Notes: generated from the sequence alone by a model not told the origin. Shown: positions 29,906 to 40,461, counted from the stretch's first letter. The stretch: 64,000 nt of DNA from Opitutales bacterium (GCA_007130045.1 SLTG01000094.1:590-64589); one strand, 5' to 3'. A program made the numbers and translations.

Positions 29906-31456
29906 TCAATGGTTCTTCGCGCTGTCGCGGCGGGTTTCCCGGGATCCTTTCTTATCGTCCCGGTCGCGCTCACGGTCAAGAAGATCGGCGATGCTCCGAG
30001 AGCCCAGTTCGGTTGTATCGGGCTCGCGAATTTCGTCGTGGTACCGTTTGACGATCGGATCGACATCGTCGAGCAGCGTGCTCGCCTCGGAATTGCCGTA
30101 GTTGTCGAAGTCCTTCCTGAATTGCAGCAGCGTCATCTTGTCCAGGGGGCGGGCCGGTTGGTAGCGGGTGACCTGAATCGTTTTCGACCCCGTTTCAGGA
30201 ATGGCGACTAGGTAGCCGATCTCAACCAGTTGGGAAAGGCATTCGTTGATGACCTGGCTCGGGGCGCGAATCATTTCGGTCAGATCGTCCGTGGAGTAGG
30301 CGGGGCCGCAGTCCCGGAATCGGCGGCAGGTCAGGATGAGGACGATGAGGCACAGAAGTTCGCGGGTACTGTGACTGAGTCGCTTCCAGATCTCCTGGTT
30401 GCTGAGGTAATTGACGTTCTGGACCGCGTAGGTGATCTGGGCGCCGAAGAGCAGAATCAGCCAGAAGACGAAAAGTCCGAGCATGAAGACCGGGAGGATG
30501 CCCAGGGACCCGTAGATATTGTAGGTCGCGACCACCCGTTGCACGTAGAGGAAGGTGAGGGCGTTGTTGAGGGCAAGGAGAATCGCCGAGGTCAAAGCGC
30601 CCGCCGCGGCCGCCCTCCAGGCGACGTGGGTGTTCGGCATAAAACGGTAGAAGAAAGTCAACAGAAGTGTCAGCAGCAACAGGGACAGCAGGGGGGTCAG
30701 CCATTGAACCAGGGTATGAAGCTGATCCCCCAACGGAAGACGCTGAAACAGGTTCGTGAACGAGAGGGAAAAAAGGCTCAGTGCGGCGAAGCCCAGCACC
30801 GCGCCAAGCGAGATGATCGTCCAGTATAAGACAATGCGGTTGAACATGCTGCGCCCGCGTTTAACGCCCCAGACGGCATTGAACGCGTTTTCGACTGTCG
30901 TGAGGAGCTGAATCGCCACCAGGATGATGATCAGCATGCCTGCCAGGCCGACGGTGCCCGACTGTGTGCGGGCGATGAAATCGTCGATGAGTTCGGCCAG
31001 TTGTGGATTGATTTCGAGTTCGCTTTCCGAATCGATCCCGGTCCGGTCGACCTCTTCACTGTCGTTATCGGCATCATCACGGGGAAACTCTCCCTCTTCC
31101 GGGATAATCAGTTGGGGGGCAACGAAGGTAATCGCTCGGTTGACCGCACGAACGGCCACGTCCGAATCGGTCCGATCGATTATAAATCCCGAAAGGGTGA
31201 ATGTGACGGCGATCAGGGGGCCGATCCCCAGAAGAGAGCTGAAGCATAGGGCGGCCGCGCGGCTTCCGATCCGCGATTCCTTGAGCCCGGAGAATCCGAT
31301 CGAAAGTATTCGAAGGAATCGGAGCCCCCAGGCTTTAGGGGTGTATTCGCCCAGATTCGACGGTTTCCAGATTTCCGTCTCAAACAGACTGTCGAGCTGC
31401 CGTTTTCCATGGCGGAATCGTTCGCGAAGCGACCTTTGCTTATCACCGGACTTCAT
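29906..31456 (-). CDS. YihY/BrkB-family membrane protein with a C-terminal soluble extension (winged-helix-like)
   Basis: The core is YihY-like (RAAALCFSSLLGIGPLIAV..., six hydrophobic helices). It is followed by about 150 soluble residues (STDDLTEMIRAPSQVINECLSQLVEIGYLVAIPE...). I place the start at MKSGDKQ. Confidence 0.65.
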   Translation of the reverse strand: MKSGDKQRSLRERFRHGKRQLDSLFETEIWKPSNLGEYTPKAWGLRFLRILSIGFSGLKESRIGSRAAALCFSSLLGIGPLIAVTFTLSGFIIDRTDSDVAVRAVNRAITFVAPQLIIPEEGEFPRDDADNDSEEVDRTGIDSESELEINPQLAELIDDFIARTQSGTVGLAGMLIIILVAIQLLTTVENAFNAVWGVKRGRSMFNRIVLYWTIISLGAVLGFAALSLFSLSFTNLFQRLPLGDQLHTLVQWLTPLLSLLLLTLLLTFFYRFMPNTHVAWRAAAAGALTSAILLALNNALTFLYVQRVVATYNIYGSLGILPVFMLGLFVFWLILLFGAQITYAVQNVNYLSNQEIWKRLSHSTRELLCLIVLILTCRRFRDCGPAYSTDDLTEMIRAPSQVINECLSQLVEIGYLVAIPETGSKTIQVTRYQPARPLDKMTLLQFRKDFDNYGNSEASTLLDDVDPIVKRYHDEIREPDTTELGSRSIADLLDRERDRDDKKGSRETRRDSAKNH

Positions 31457-31700
31457 GAGGAAAGTACCCGTACGACTGTAGCCCGAGGCTTCGCCGCAGG
31501 CAAAGGAAATAATGATAATACGCGCGGAAAAGCCGTGGATGACCACACGCGCGACGCGAAAGGCCAACCGGAACCGTCAAGACCTCGCATTCGTCCGGAA
31601 CGTACCCGTTGAGAAGAAGGCTCTCCGCCTTCAGGGCATGCCGGTTTGTGCGGACCGGCGGTTACGGGATCCGGCCCGCGCGCAGCCGGATATCCGAAAC

Positions 31701-32450
31701 TCAGGTGAGTAAGATAATGTAGGCGTAGGTGCCCATACCGCCAAGACCGATTAGCGTGGCAACAGCGAGGGGGGGCAACGCCGCCGTTATCGTACACAGG
31801 TACAGTCCGATCGATCCGAGGACGGCTGAGGCGACGAGCACCGGATCTCCGTGTGAAAAGTGGAGGATCGAAAAAAATCCGATTCCGAAGGCGGCGCGGA
31901 AACGGATGAATGGATACACGCCGCTGGTACGCAGGAAGAGGATGAGAGCGATAACGAGATCGACGACGCCCACAATCACCAAGGGATTCAGCATCAACCC
32001 CTCGAGATCGAAGCTGAAGAGGAGGCCCATATCGGGAATGAACAGCGCCAGGCCGCTCAACAGAAAAATGACCGCCGCAACGTGCATCCCGACGTAGGCG
32101 AGCTTTTCCTTCAGTTCGTCGAGGTTCCTGCTGTGCCTCGTTTCCTTGGTCCGGCCCTCCGCCTGGGCCAGCATTTCGTCCACTGTGATCGCAGTCTCTC
32201 CCTCTTCATCCGGGTTCAGGCGGGCAATCTGTTCTTTCGGCTTGAGATTCAACTTTCGCTTTTCCGGGAAAAGCGCGCTTTTCAACTCCGGCAGGTTCGC
32301 CAATTCGTCCCAGATCTCCTTCTCGACGTCGTAAATGAAGGTTTGATCGTCGATCTGTCCGGCTTCAGCCAACGATGCCAGTTGATCGACCGTGAAAGGA
32401 CCCCGGGAATCCTCAATGTCGTTTTGCCTGATGTAGTATTCCTGCTCCAT
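31701..32450 (-). CDS. GYF_2-domain (DUF4339-like) protein with a C-terminal multi-TM region
   Basis: The N-terminus YYIRQNDIEDSRGPFTVDQLASLAEAGQIDDQTFIYDVEKEIWDEL matches the GYF-like pattern. The C-terminal half has 4-5 hydrophobic helices. Confidence 0.55.
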   Translation of the reverse strand: MEQEYYIRQNDIEDSRGPFTVDQLASLAEAGQIDDQTFIYDVEKEIWDELANLPELKSALFPEKRKLNLKPKEQIARLNPDEEGETAITVDEMLAQAEGRTKETRHSRNLDELKEKLAYVGMHVAAVIFLLSGLALFIPDMGLLFSFDLEGLMLNPLVIVGVVDLVIALILFLRTSGVYPFIRFRAAFGIGFFSILHFSHGDPVLVASAVLGSIGLYLCTITAALPPLAVATLIGLGGMGTYAYIILLT

Positions 32451-32552
32451 TTAGTTAATGTTTAATGAGTAAAAGCCCGACGCTTTTCAAGCCAAATGAT
32501 TAAACGTTCGCAAATTGCCGAATGGCATCAATTAGCCGAAGGATTGGATGGA

Positions 32553-33416
32553 TCATCGATTGATTGACGGACCGAGCTCCTTGCGCCCTCCGATCCATCC
32601 CAATTTCGTTCGCACCACGGAGAAATGTGAGTGGTCCCGCCCCTGGATCAGCGGGAGTTTGGCGCCGGAGATTGAGATGAGAAGCCGTTGTGAAGGATCG
32701 AGAAGGAATGGGTGTTTGCCGTCCAAAGTCACGCTCAAGCGACCCGCGGCGAAGGGGTTGTGTACGAGGATCCGCGCGGATTCGCGGAAAATGACCGTTC
32801 GGTTGCTCAGGGTGTGCGGGCAGATCGGAGTCATGGCGATCACTTTCGCATCCGGCTCGATTATGGGCCCTCCCGCGGAAAGGTTGTAGGCGGTGGAGCC
32901 GGTCGGGGTTGAAAAGATGAGCCCGTCGCAGAGAAACTCGGTGACGAGGCGATCGTCCACCTGAACTTCGAGGGCGACGAGGCGGCCGCTTTTTTCCGCC
33001 TTGATTACGATATCGTTCAGGGCGAGGCCGCCTTTTGCGGCGGTTCCGGGTTTGCCTTCACATTGGAGCATGGAACGGTTCGCGACTTTGTAATGGCCGT
33101 CGATGAGGACGGAAAACTCGTTCATGGCCTCTCCGGCCGCTACCGTGGTGAGGAACCCGAGGTTCCCGCGATTGACGCCGATAACGGGAACGCCCGCCCG
33201 GGAGGATTCTCCGACGATGCTCAGGAGCGTCCCGTCGCCGCCGATGACGCAGCAGGCATCCTGTCCGTCCAGAAATCCGGCCGGTACGGGAAACGCGTCG
33301 GTGCTTTTCACGACCGCGCCCTTGTCCCCGGCAACCTTGATGAGTTGTTCCGCCAGGCCCGGAGCCCCTTCTTTGTTCCGGTTGATCAGAAAAGCGATTT
33401 TCTTGAGCGGCCTCAT
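32553..33416 (-). CDS. nadK: NAD+ kinase
   Basis: It carries the GGDGTLL motif (VIGGDGTLLSIV), NRGNLGFLT and STPTGSTAYNLSAGGP. The start is uncertain (33416 or 33452). Confidence 0.9.
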   Translation of the reverse strand: MRPLKKIAFLINRNKEGAPGLAEQLIKVAGDKGAVVKSTDAFPVPAGFLDGQDACCVIGGDGTLLSIVGESSRAGVPVIGVNRGNLGFLTTVAAGEAMNEFSVLIDGHYKVANRSMLQCEGKPGTAAKGGLALNDIVIKAEKSGRLVALEVQVDDRLVTEFLCDGLIFSTPTGSTAYNLSAGGPIIEPDAKVIAMTPICPHTLSNRTVIFRESARILVHNPFAAGRLSVTLDGKHPFLLDPSQRLLISISGAKLPLIQGRDHSHFSVVRTKLGWIGGRKELGPSINR

Positions 33417-33536
33417 TGGTTCGGTCGAAGTCATCAAAGGCGATGGATGCAAACCTCGTTGCGGGAGATCGCGGCGGGACGCCGCTCACGACGAAAGTTC
33501 ATAGCAGCCAAGCGGTCACTTCCACAAGCGCGGATT

Positions 33537-34463
33537 TCAATTGTTGAGCCGCCGGTACTCCTCTTTCAGGGCTCCCGCGAGTTCGTCCGGGTAGTCGGCG
33601 ATTCCGTGCGAGGTGCAGTTGGCGGCCGCCAGGGGAATCGCTTCGTCGGCGGCCTCAACCATGGATTTTCCCTCGTTCAAACGCGCGTGAAGGAACGCGG
33701 CCAAAAAGACGTCGCCGGACCCGGTCGGCGAAACCTCTTGCACCGGGGGAGGGTTTTTTTCAAAGTATTCGTTTTCCGGACCGATTATTTTCACGTTTCG
33801 TTTACCGTCGGTGACGACCCACGCGCGGGGTGAAACCCGATGGCGGTGAATCTCCCGCAGTGTCGTGTGGTCGCCGGGACGAATCCCCTGGAATTCCCGT
33901 TCGTTGATTTTTACAAGTCCGACCGGTCTTTCGGCAAACCAGGAAAGGGGAGGACCGCAGGTGTCGACCGCGACAAACAATTTCCGGATCAGCCTGTCGA
34001 GCGTCTCGCGCAACGGATCAAACGCCGGCGCGGCCCATCCCGGAATGCTTCCGCAGACGGCGAGCGCGTCGCCTTCGGGTATCTCGAGCAGGTAATCACA
34101 GCAGTCCCGCAGCGCGACTTCGTTGGGCGGACGGTCTTCGCCCAGAAACGTCGTTTCCGGCATGCCTTGCGAACGGACGACGAAGCCGGTTCGTGTCTCG
34201 CCGTCCGCTTCAAACGTCCGGGTCGATAGCCCGTGATTCTCCAGCCACTCCGTGCATAGGGCGCCCACGGTTCCTGCGGGAAACAGGATTGCCGTATTCG
34301 CCGCGCCGAGACGGTTGAGCATCCGGCTCACGTTGATTCCCTTGCCTCCGACCTGCACCGATTCGGATTCCGCGCGAACGGTATCGCCCGGCATCCAGGA
34401 GCCCGCCCGGTACGTTGTCTCCCAGAGAAGGTTCGCGGTGAATGTGTGGATGCGCCGGGACAT
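33537..34463 (-). CDS. 1-phosphofructokinase-family hexose-phosphate kinase (PfkB family)
   Basis: It contains VGGKGINVSRML and a C-terminal PTGSGDVFLAAF motif. I place the start at MSRRIH. Confidence 0.75.
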   Translation of the reverse strand: MSRRIHTFTANLLWETTYRAGSWMPGDTVRAESESVQVGGKGINVSRMLNRLGAANTAILFPAGTVGALCTEWLENHGLSTRTFEADGETRTGFVVRSQGMPETTFLGEDRPPNEVALRDCCDYLLEIPEGDALAVCGSIPGWAAPAFDPLRETLDRLIRKLFVAVDTCGPPLSWFAERPVGLVKINEREFQGIRPGDHTTLREIHRHRVSPRAWVVTDGKRNVKIIGPENEYFEKNPPPVQEVSPTGSGDVFLAAFLHARLNEGKSMVEAADEAIPLAAANCTSHGIADYPDELAGALKEEYRRLNN

Positions 34464-34613
34464 GGGTCGGATTTTGGATTTTGGATCTGGGATTGCCCCG
34501 GGAGGCGGGGGAAGGACGTGGAAGGGAGAGCGGGGGAGCGGGCGCACCGGAGAATGGGAGCGGGCGGTAACCGTTGACCGGTAACCCTAAACCATCAATC
34601 GCCAACGCTCGCC

Positions 34614-35042
34614 TCACTTCAACATCTGATCCACGCTGTAACGTCCGGGCCCGATGAAAATCAGGCCGAGGAAGACGATGCCCATTTTCAGGGCGTGGGA
34701 GGCTCCGCTCCAACCTTGGGGCTCGATTTCCAAAAACAGATGCCCACCGGCGGCGAAAATCATCGTCACGGTCAACAGAAAGAGCGCGGGACGGGTCAGA
34801 AAACCGACCAACAGCAGCAAGGCGCCGACCGATTCCGCGAAAGCGGCGAGGAACCCCCACATCACGGGCAGAAAATCGATGCCCACCAAGCTCATGGCGT
34901 CTCCCAGGGATGCCCAGCGTTCCGGCCCGTCCAGGAGCTTGGGGCCGCCGTGGAGGATAATGAATGTGGCGCCGATACCGAGGCGCATGAGAAGAAGTCC
35001 GAAATCACGAAACTTATCAAGTGAATTAAAGGCGAGTTTCAT
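34614..35042 (-). CDS. DoxX-family membrane protein
   Basis: It is 142 aa with 4 TM helices and the typical LLLMRLGIGATFIILHG start. Confidence 0.7.
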   Translation of the reverse strand: MKLAFNSLDKFRDFGLLLMRLGIGATFIILHGGPKLLDGPERWASLGDAMSLVGIDFLPVMWGFLAAFAESVGALLLLVGFLTRPALFLLTVTMIFAAGGHLFLEIEPQGWSGASHALKMGIVFLGLIFIGPGRYSVDQMLK

Positions 35043-35119
35043 ATTGGGTTCCTGGTCTAAGGTTGGTGTTTCTTATTCCTCGACAACCGGATACACTCTC
35101 TCGCGGAAAAAAGCAAAAT

Positions 35120-36268
35120 CTAAAATTGTTCCCGCGGGCTCAGGTACTTGGACTTCACGAGGCGCCAGGCCGTGACAAAAAACGCGGTTAGGGGAATTGC
35201 CAGGATCATTCCGAGAATGCCTCCGAGCGCGATGCCCCAAAAGAAAATTGCGATAATAATGGTTACCGGGTGCAATCCGGTGCGGTCTCCCATGATCTTT
35301 GGCGTCAAAAGAGCGCTTTCGAGCGATTGCACGACGGCGAATATTCCGACGACCAGCAGCGCGAGTTCCCATCCGCCCCCGGGTTGGAACAGTGCCGTGG
35401 GCACGGTGATCAACAGCCCGATGATGACGCCGAGGTAAGGCACGATGTTGAGCAGACCCAGAATCAGGCCCAGGATGACACTGAACTTGAGCCCCGCCGC
35501 GGCAAAGCCGATCGCCAGGAGAACGCCGACGATCAGGGCGATGACAAGCTGTCCCCGGAAAAAGGAAACAACGATGTTCACAAACTCCCGGGCGAGGAAA
35601 ACCACGTCCTCGCGGGTGTCCTTATTGAGAAACGGTAGAAATTCTCCGAGGTTTTCGGTGGGATCGCGGTCCGATTTCAGGAAGAAAAACAGGTAAACCG
35701 GAATGATCGCCAGACCGATCGCCATGGCGACGGCGGCGAGGAGGGTTTCGCCGGCCTGGACGAGCGTGGGAATCGCCGCGGTGATCGCCTCTCCGATCTC
35801 CCCGGAGAATTCCTCGATCAACTCCCGGAGGGGATGACCGTCGGTCGAATCCTCCAACACCGCCGACCATTGGGGAAATGTTTCCGCGATCCATTCCATA
35901 GTCCGGTTGAAGAGCTCCGGGGCGAGTTCGATAAAATCGCCGATCTGGCGAAACAGAATCGGCACGAGGTACGAAAGCAGGCCCGCGGTCGCGACCAGAA
36001 GAACGCCGTATAGGGTGACGACCGCCATGACCGGACTGAGCCGCAGCCGTTGTTCGACCGCTCGGACCACCGGGCGCAGCATCAGAGCGAGCACGCCCGC
36101 AATCGTCAGTGGAAGCAGGAGGCTCGAAAAATGAGAAACGAGTTTTCCCAGGAGAAGGACGAGGAATACGAGCAACGCGCCGGTCAGGATCAGGCAAGCG
36201 AACGACAACGTGAATCCCGCGAGTTTTTTCTGTCCGGGAGTCAGGATCTGGGCGGGATGATCATCCAT
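35120..36268 (-). CDS. AI-2E family transporter (PerM/YhhT-like)
   Basis: It has about 8 TM helices with a central soluble loop. The typical C-terminal region is present (LLNIVPYLGVIIGLL...LESALLTPKIMG). Confidence 0.75.
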   Translation of the reverse strand: MDDHPAQILTPGQKKLAGFTLSFACLILTGALLVFLVLLLGKLVSHFSSLLLPLTIAGVLALMLRPVVRAVEQRLRLSPVMAVVTLYGVLLVATAGLLSYLVPILFRQIGDFIELAPELFNRTMEWIAETFPQWSAVLEDSTDGHPLRELIEEFSGEIGEAITAAIPTLVQAGETLLAAVAMAIGLAIIPVYLFFFLKSDRDPTENLGEFLPFLNKDTREDVVFLAREFVNIVVSFFRGQLVIALIVGVLLAIGFAAAGLKFSVILGLILGLLNIVPYLGVIIGLLITVPTALFQPGGGWELALLVVGIFAVVQSLESALLTPKIMGDRTGLHPVTIIIAIFFWGIALGGILGMILAIPLTAFFVTAWRLVKSKYLSPREQF

Positions 36269-36291
36269 GCGGCAAAGCGGCGGACAGACGC

Positions 36292-36573
36292 CTAATCTTC
36301 GTCATCCCCGATACCGAGCTCAATTCGAATGTCCGGCCGCTCGTTCAGCTCAGCCAGGAATTCGTCCACACTGAAGTCGCTGACGACGAAATCGTCGAAT
36401 TCAAAGGTGGGCGTCGAGGTTTGATCGCTGACCTCAATCATCCGCTTCATGTTGGTTGTGCTGGCGTTGACGTCGCGGACGTCGAGGTCGACGCCGTGCT
36501 GATCGAAAAAGTTCTTTGCCTGACGGCACCACGGGCATCCCCTCTTGATGTAAAGGATCGGTTTGTGACGCAT
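36292..36573 (-). CDS. glutaredoxin-like protein with an acidic C-terminal tail
   Basis: The sequence MRHKPILYIKRGCPWCRQAKNFF contains a CPWC redox motif. I consider the 211-aa track ORF an artefactual N-terminal extension. Confidence 0.7.
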   Translation of the reverse strand: MRHKPILYIKRGCPWCRQAKNFFDQHGVDLDVRDVNASTTNMKRMIEVSDQTSTPTFEFDDFVVSDFSVDEFLAELNERPDIRIELGIGDDED

Positions 36574-36653
36574 GATGATCACTTTCTGTAATCCCGGTCC
36601 GGTTTGAAGGCAAGTCGGAATTGCGCCTTTGACGGGAGGATTGGAACCCCTAT

Positions 36654-36682
36654 TTGGTTTACCTTCGCCGCGAGCGTATATT
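36654..36682 (+). promoter_or_regulatory. sigma-70-like promoter candidate for uvrA (TTGGTT - 17 nt - TATATT)
   Basis: The hexamers and the 17-nt spacer are read directly from the sequence. The site is 30 nt upstream of the proposed GTG start at 36713. Confidence 0.3.
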
Positions 36683-36712
36683 AGAAGTTTCGCCTGCACC
36701 AACGATGATAAC

Positions 36713-39565
36713 GTGAGCGCGACGGACGAAATACATATCAAGGGAGCCCGGGAGCACAACCTGAAGGACCTGGAACTGCGGATTCCGCGTGGAAAGCTGA
36801 CCGTTTTCACCGGGGTGAGCGGATCCGGCAAATCCTCCCTTGCCTTCGACACCTTGTACGCGGAGGGGTATCGAAAGTACATGGAGAGCTTGTCCACGCG
36901 GGTTCGCCAGATTCTGGAGCAGATCAAGCGGCCCGATGTGGATTATATTCACGGTCTTTCGCCGGTGGTGGCGATCGAACAGCGCGAAGGGGCGGGATCC
37001 CCCCGAAGCACGGTCGCCACCGTGACCGAGATTGCCGATTACGCCCGCCTGCTCTGGTCGTTGTGGGGAGAGCAGATTTGTCCGAACGACGGAGGAAAGG
37101 TCCGGCGTCATTCGCTGGAGGACTCCGTCGAGCGGCTTCTGAGCCTGCCGCACGGCAGTCGCGTTATTCTCGCGGCTCCCTTCCTGAAAGCGAAGTCCGC
37201 GGTCCTCCGGGACGAAGTGACCGGCCTGCGGCAACGCGGTTTCCAGCGGGTACTCATAGGGGGAGAGATCCGCTCCCTGGACGAACGGAAATTGATACCG
37301 GCGGGTCGCGGCGAGATCCGGATGGACATCGTGGTCGACCGGATAGTTATTAAACCGGATCAGCGAAGCCGGCTCGCGGATTCCCTGGAACTGGCGTTTC
37401 GGGAAGGGGAAAACCGCGCCGTCGCGCTGGCGCGGGAAGGACCGGACGCGCCGTTGAAGGAGATTGCACTGAGCCGGCGCCTGTCGTGCGAGAAATGCGG
37501 CGAGACCTTCGAACCCCTGACCGCCCGCCATTTTTCCTTCAACCATTCCGAGGGACTCTGCCGGGAATGCGGCGGTCTTGGGCGCAGCATGCGCTTTTCC
37601 GAAGAGTTGGTGGTCCCGGATCCGGAGAAATCGGTGAAACAGGGCGCCGTCAAGCCCTGGAGGTACGGCGGAAAAAGCCTGATCATCAAAAACAACGCCA
37701 TTCTCAAGCAACTTGCCGAGCAGTATCCGTTCGATCCCGGCACTCCGTGGAAAGACCTGCCGCGGGAAACCCGGAAGGCGATCCTTTACGGCACCGGCGA
37801 ACGGCTCTTTTCGTTTAAATTGCGCAGAAGCCGGAAACGCGTTCCCACGCCGGTTCCGTTCGAAGGCGTGATCCCGCTCCTCGAAAAGAGCCGTCGCGAG
37901 ACCAAGAGCGACGGATTTCGGGCTCGGCTCGGGACATTCATGATCGGCGGCGATTGCCCGTCCTGCCATGGCGGACGCCTCAATCCCGCCGCCGCGGCCG
38001 TGCGGGTGGGCGGTGTGTCGATTCCGGAATTTTACGGCATGAGCCTTGAGGACGCCGCCGCCTGCGTGGCCGGGATTGCCGGACAGCTCGATGAGAGTCG
38101 CGCACTGAACGAGGTGGTGGACGGACTCGAGCAGCGGCTGGGATTCCTGAAAACCGTGGGGCTCGAATACCTGACATTGAACCGTGAATACGGAACGCTC
38201 AGCGGAGGGGAGGCGCAGCGGGTGCGCCTGGCGACGCAGCTTGGAATGGGCCTTGTCGGAGTGCTTTACATTCTCGACGAACCGAGCATCGGCCTGCACC
38301 CGATCGACAACCGGCGACTGCTGAATTCGCTCTGTGAGTTGCGCGACCGCGGCAACACGGTACTCGTCGTCGAACACGATGAAGAAACCATCCGCCGGGC
38401 GGACCACCTTGTCGAAATCGGACCCGGCGCGGGGAAGGAGGGCGGTGAGATTCTCTACCGGGGCCCCCCTGAAGGGTGCTGCGCGGTGAAGGCGTCGCGG
38501 GCCGGACCCTACCTTTCCGGAGAGTGGACGGTGACTCGGGAGGCCGCCCACAGGACTCCGGACGGACGATGGTTGAGGGTTCTCGGGGCATCCGAAAACA
38601 ATCTCCGGGAACTCGATGCCGCTTTCCCGGTCGGGTTGCTGACCTGCGTCACCGGTGTCTCCGGCTCGGGCAAGAGCAGCCTGGTCAACGACGTGCTGGC
38701 GCGCGCCGCCGCCTTCCGGTTGAATCGCGCCAGGACGATTCCCGGACGGCACACACGGATCGATGGATTCGAGCACTTCGAAAAGGCCGTGGAGGTCGAT
38801 GCCACGCCGATCGGACGGACCCCACGCTCGAATCCGGCGACTTACGTCAAACTTTTCGACCTCTTTCGCTCCGTTTTCGCGAAATGCCCCCTGTCGCGAG
38901 TCCGTGGATACGGTCCGGGTCGCTTCAGTTTCAACGTCCGGGGCGGACGTTGCGAACAATGCCAGGGCGACGGCGTGATCAAACTGAACATGGAGTTTCT
39001 CGCAGACGCGTATTCCGAATGTCCCGGCTGCGGCGGCCGCCGCTACAATCGCGAGACGCTCGAAGTTCGCTTCAAGGGCCGGACGATCGCCGACGTGCTC
39101 GGGATGACCGTGCGCGAAGCGATGGACCTGTTTTCCAATCATCCCCGGATCATGGAGAAACTCAACACGCTCGAAGCGGTGGGGCTGGGCTACCTGCAAC
39201 TCGGCCAGCCGGCGCCGACTCTTTCGGGCGGTGAAGCCCAGCGGATCAAGTTATCGCTCGAGTTGAGCAAACGGCAGCAGGGTCAGAGTCTTTACATTCT
39301 CGACGAACCGACGACCGGCCTGCACTGGGCGGACATTCAGAATTTGATGGACCTGCTTTTCCGGCTGCGGGATGCCGGGAACACGATTGTCATCATCGAA
39401 CACAACCAGGACGTCGTGAGCCTGGCCGACTGGATCATCGACCTCGGCCCCGGCGGCGGCGTTCACGGGGGCCATGTGGTTTACGCGGGCCCGTTCGACG
39501 GCGTTCTGAAGGTTCCCGAATCGCGCACCGGCCGCGCCCTGAAGGAGAGGAAGCGTCGGGGGTGA
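36713..39565 (+). CDS. uvrA: excinuclease ABC subunit A
   Basis: It begins [42 protein letters not shown] second Walker A is present ([11 protein letters not shown]), with two signature motifs (LSGGEAQR twice) and Zn-finger cysteines. The GTG start at 36713 is proposed; the track start at 36629 is the alternative. Confidence 0.92.
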   Translation: MSATDEIHIKGAREHNLKDLELRIPRGKLTVFTGVSGSGKSSLAFDTLYAEGYRKYMESLSTRVRQILEQIKRPDVDYIHGLSPVVAIEQREGAGSPRSTVATVTEIADYARLLWSLWGEQICPNDGGKVRRHSLEDSVERLLSLPHGSRVILAAPFLKAKSAVLRDEVTGLRQRGFQRVLIGGEIRSLDERKLIPAGRGEIRMDIVVDRIVIKPDQRSRLADSLELAFREGENRAVALAREGPDAPLKEIALSRRLSCEKCGETFEPLTARHFSFNHSEGLCRECGGLGRSMRFSEELVVPDPEKSVKQGAVKPWRYGGKSLIIKNNAILKQLAEQYPFDPGTPWKDLPRETRKAILYGTGERLFSFKLRRSRKRVPTPVPFEGVIPLLEKSRRETKSDGFRARLGTFMIGGDCPSCHGGRLNPAAAAVRVGGVSIPEFYGMSLEDAAACVAGIAGQLDESRALNEVVDGLEQRLGFLKTVGLEYLTLNREYGTLSGGEAQRVRLATQLGMGLVGVLYILDEPSIGLHPIDNRRLLNSLCELRDRGNTVLVVEHDEETIRRADHLVEIGPGAGKEGGEILYRGPPEGCCAVKASRAGPYLSGEWTVTREAAHRTPDGRWLRVLGASENNLRELDAAFPVGLLTCVTGVSGSGKSSLVNDVLARAAAFRLNRARTIPGRHTRIDGFEHFEKAVEVDATPIGRTPRSNPATYVKLFDLFRSVFAKCPLSRVRGYGPGRFSFNVRGGRCEQCQGDGVIKLNMEFLADAYSECPGCGGRRYNRETLEVRFKGRTIADVLGMTVREAMDLFSNHPRIMEKLNTLEAVGLGYLQLGQPAPTLSGGEAQRIKLSLELSKRQQGQSLYILDEPTTGLHWADIQNLMDLLFRLRDAGNTIVIIEHNQDVVSLADWIIDLGPGGGVHGGHVVYAGPFDGVLKVPESRTGRALKERKRRG

Positions 39566-39578
39566 ATTTCGATTCCCT

Positions 39579-40238
39579 CTAACTTCGTCGTCGTCGGCGG
39601 AGTAGGATGGCGAGGCAGAATCCGACAATAAACCCGCCGATGTGCGCGAACCAGGCGACTCCGCCGGTGACCCCGGTATCCATCAACTGGGTCATGCCCA
39701 TGAAGAACTGAAAGGCGAACCAGAGAAGGAGAAAAACGAACGCCGGGACCGGTATCAGGGGAATGATCCAGGGAACGAGCGCCACCACCATTGCAAGCGG
39801 GAACAGAAAGAGATACGCGCCGAGGATGGCGGCGATCGCGCCGCTTGCGCCAATCATCGGCAGGGTCGAGGAGGGCGCCACGGCAAACTGCGCAAACGCC
39901 GCTCCGGTTCCGCCGATAAGAAAGAGCAACAAGGTCTTGACCGAGCCGAGACGGTTTTCAACCGGGGGGCCGAAGATAAAGAGGAACCAGAGGTTGGCCG
40001 CCAGATGGAGAAGGTTCCCGTGAAGGAACATGGATGTAACGACGGTCTTGAGCGTATCGGAAAGTGCAGCGTCCGGAACCGAGGCGGGAATAAATCCGAA
40101 CTCGTGGAAGAACTCCTCAAGCCTTCCCTGCTGCGCGAGCAGCAACTGGAAGGCGAAGAGAATCATGTTGGCCACGATCACCGTCATCGTGACCGGTGCG
40201 ACGACGTTGCGGCGATTGCTGTCGAATAATGGAATCAT
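39579..40238 (-). CDS. rhomboid-family intramembrane serine protease
   Basis: It has 6 TM helices. The motifs HGNLLHLAANLWFL, the catalytic GASGAI and a C-terminal AHIGG are present. Confidence 0.85.
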   Translation of the reverse strand: MIPLFDSNRRNVVAPVTMTVIVANMILFAFQLLLAQQGRLEEFFHEFGFIPASVPDAALSDTLKTVVTSMFLHGNLLHLAANLWFLFIFGPPVENRLGSVKTLLLFLIGGTGAAFAQFAVAPSSTLPMIGASGAIAAILGAYLFLFPLAMVVALVPWIIPLIPVPAFVFLLLWFAFQFFMGMTQLMDTGVTGGVAWFAHIGGFIVGFCLAILLRRRRRS

Positions 40239-40362
40239 GTCTTAAACGGCCCCATCCGACCCAGGCGGTGGTTGGGGATCAGATATGAGGCCGATCCGCG
40301 GCGGGGTCCAGCCAGAACCCTGGCAATGCGTTGAGGTCGCGGGTTGAAACCGGCGGTCGCGA

Positions 40363-40389
40363 CCGGAAATTCCCGGCGGGATTTTCCGG
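40363..40389. promoter_or_regulatory. 27-bp near-perfect palindrome (CCGGAAATTCCCGGCGGGATTTTCCGG), candidate operator
   Basis: 12 of 13 arm positions are complementary. It lies in the rhomboid/sufT divergent region, immediately after the GGTCGCGACC palindrome and a GGTCGCG direct repeat spaced 20 nt apart. Confidence 0.4.
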
Positions 40390-40461
40390 AATGTGACGCC
40401 CGAATTTCAAATGCGAACTCGGTGATTGCGAAAAGGGGCTTTTTGCTTGAATATTGATTCC

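Noticed and set aside
34469-34484. Micro-tandem repeat GGATTTT-GGATTTT-GG just upstream (on the minus strand) of the pfkB-family gene. Similar AAAATCCAAA words occur at 26945-26960.
   Set aside because: There are only two units, which is too short and too few copies to distinguish from chance. I could not define a consistent motif.
36574-36927. N-terminal 118-aa extension of the glutaredoxin-like ORF (track ORF 36292-36927).
   Set aside because: The extension would overlap the uvrA start region and its promoter-like element. The glutaredoxin fold begins at MRHKPILYIKRGCPWC, which gives a normal ~93-aa protein.
36659-39199. 846-aa minus-strand ORF.
   Set aside because: It is exactly antisense to uvrA, which has unmistakable Walker, signature and zinc-finger motifs. 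The antisense translation is Arg/Gly/Pro/Ala-rich with no recognisable motif. Such long stop-free antisense frames are expected at this GC content.
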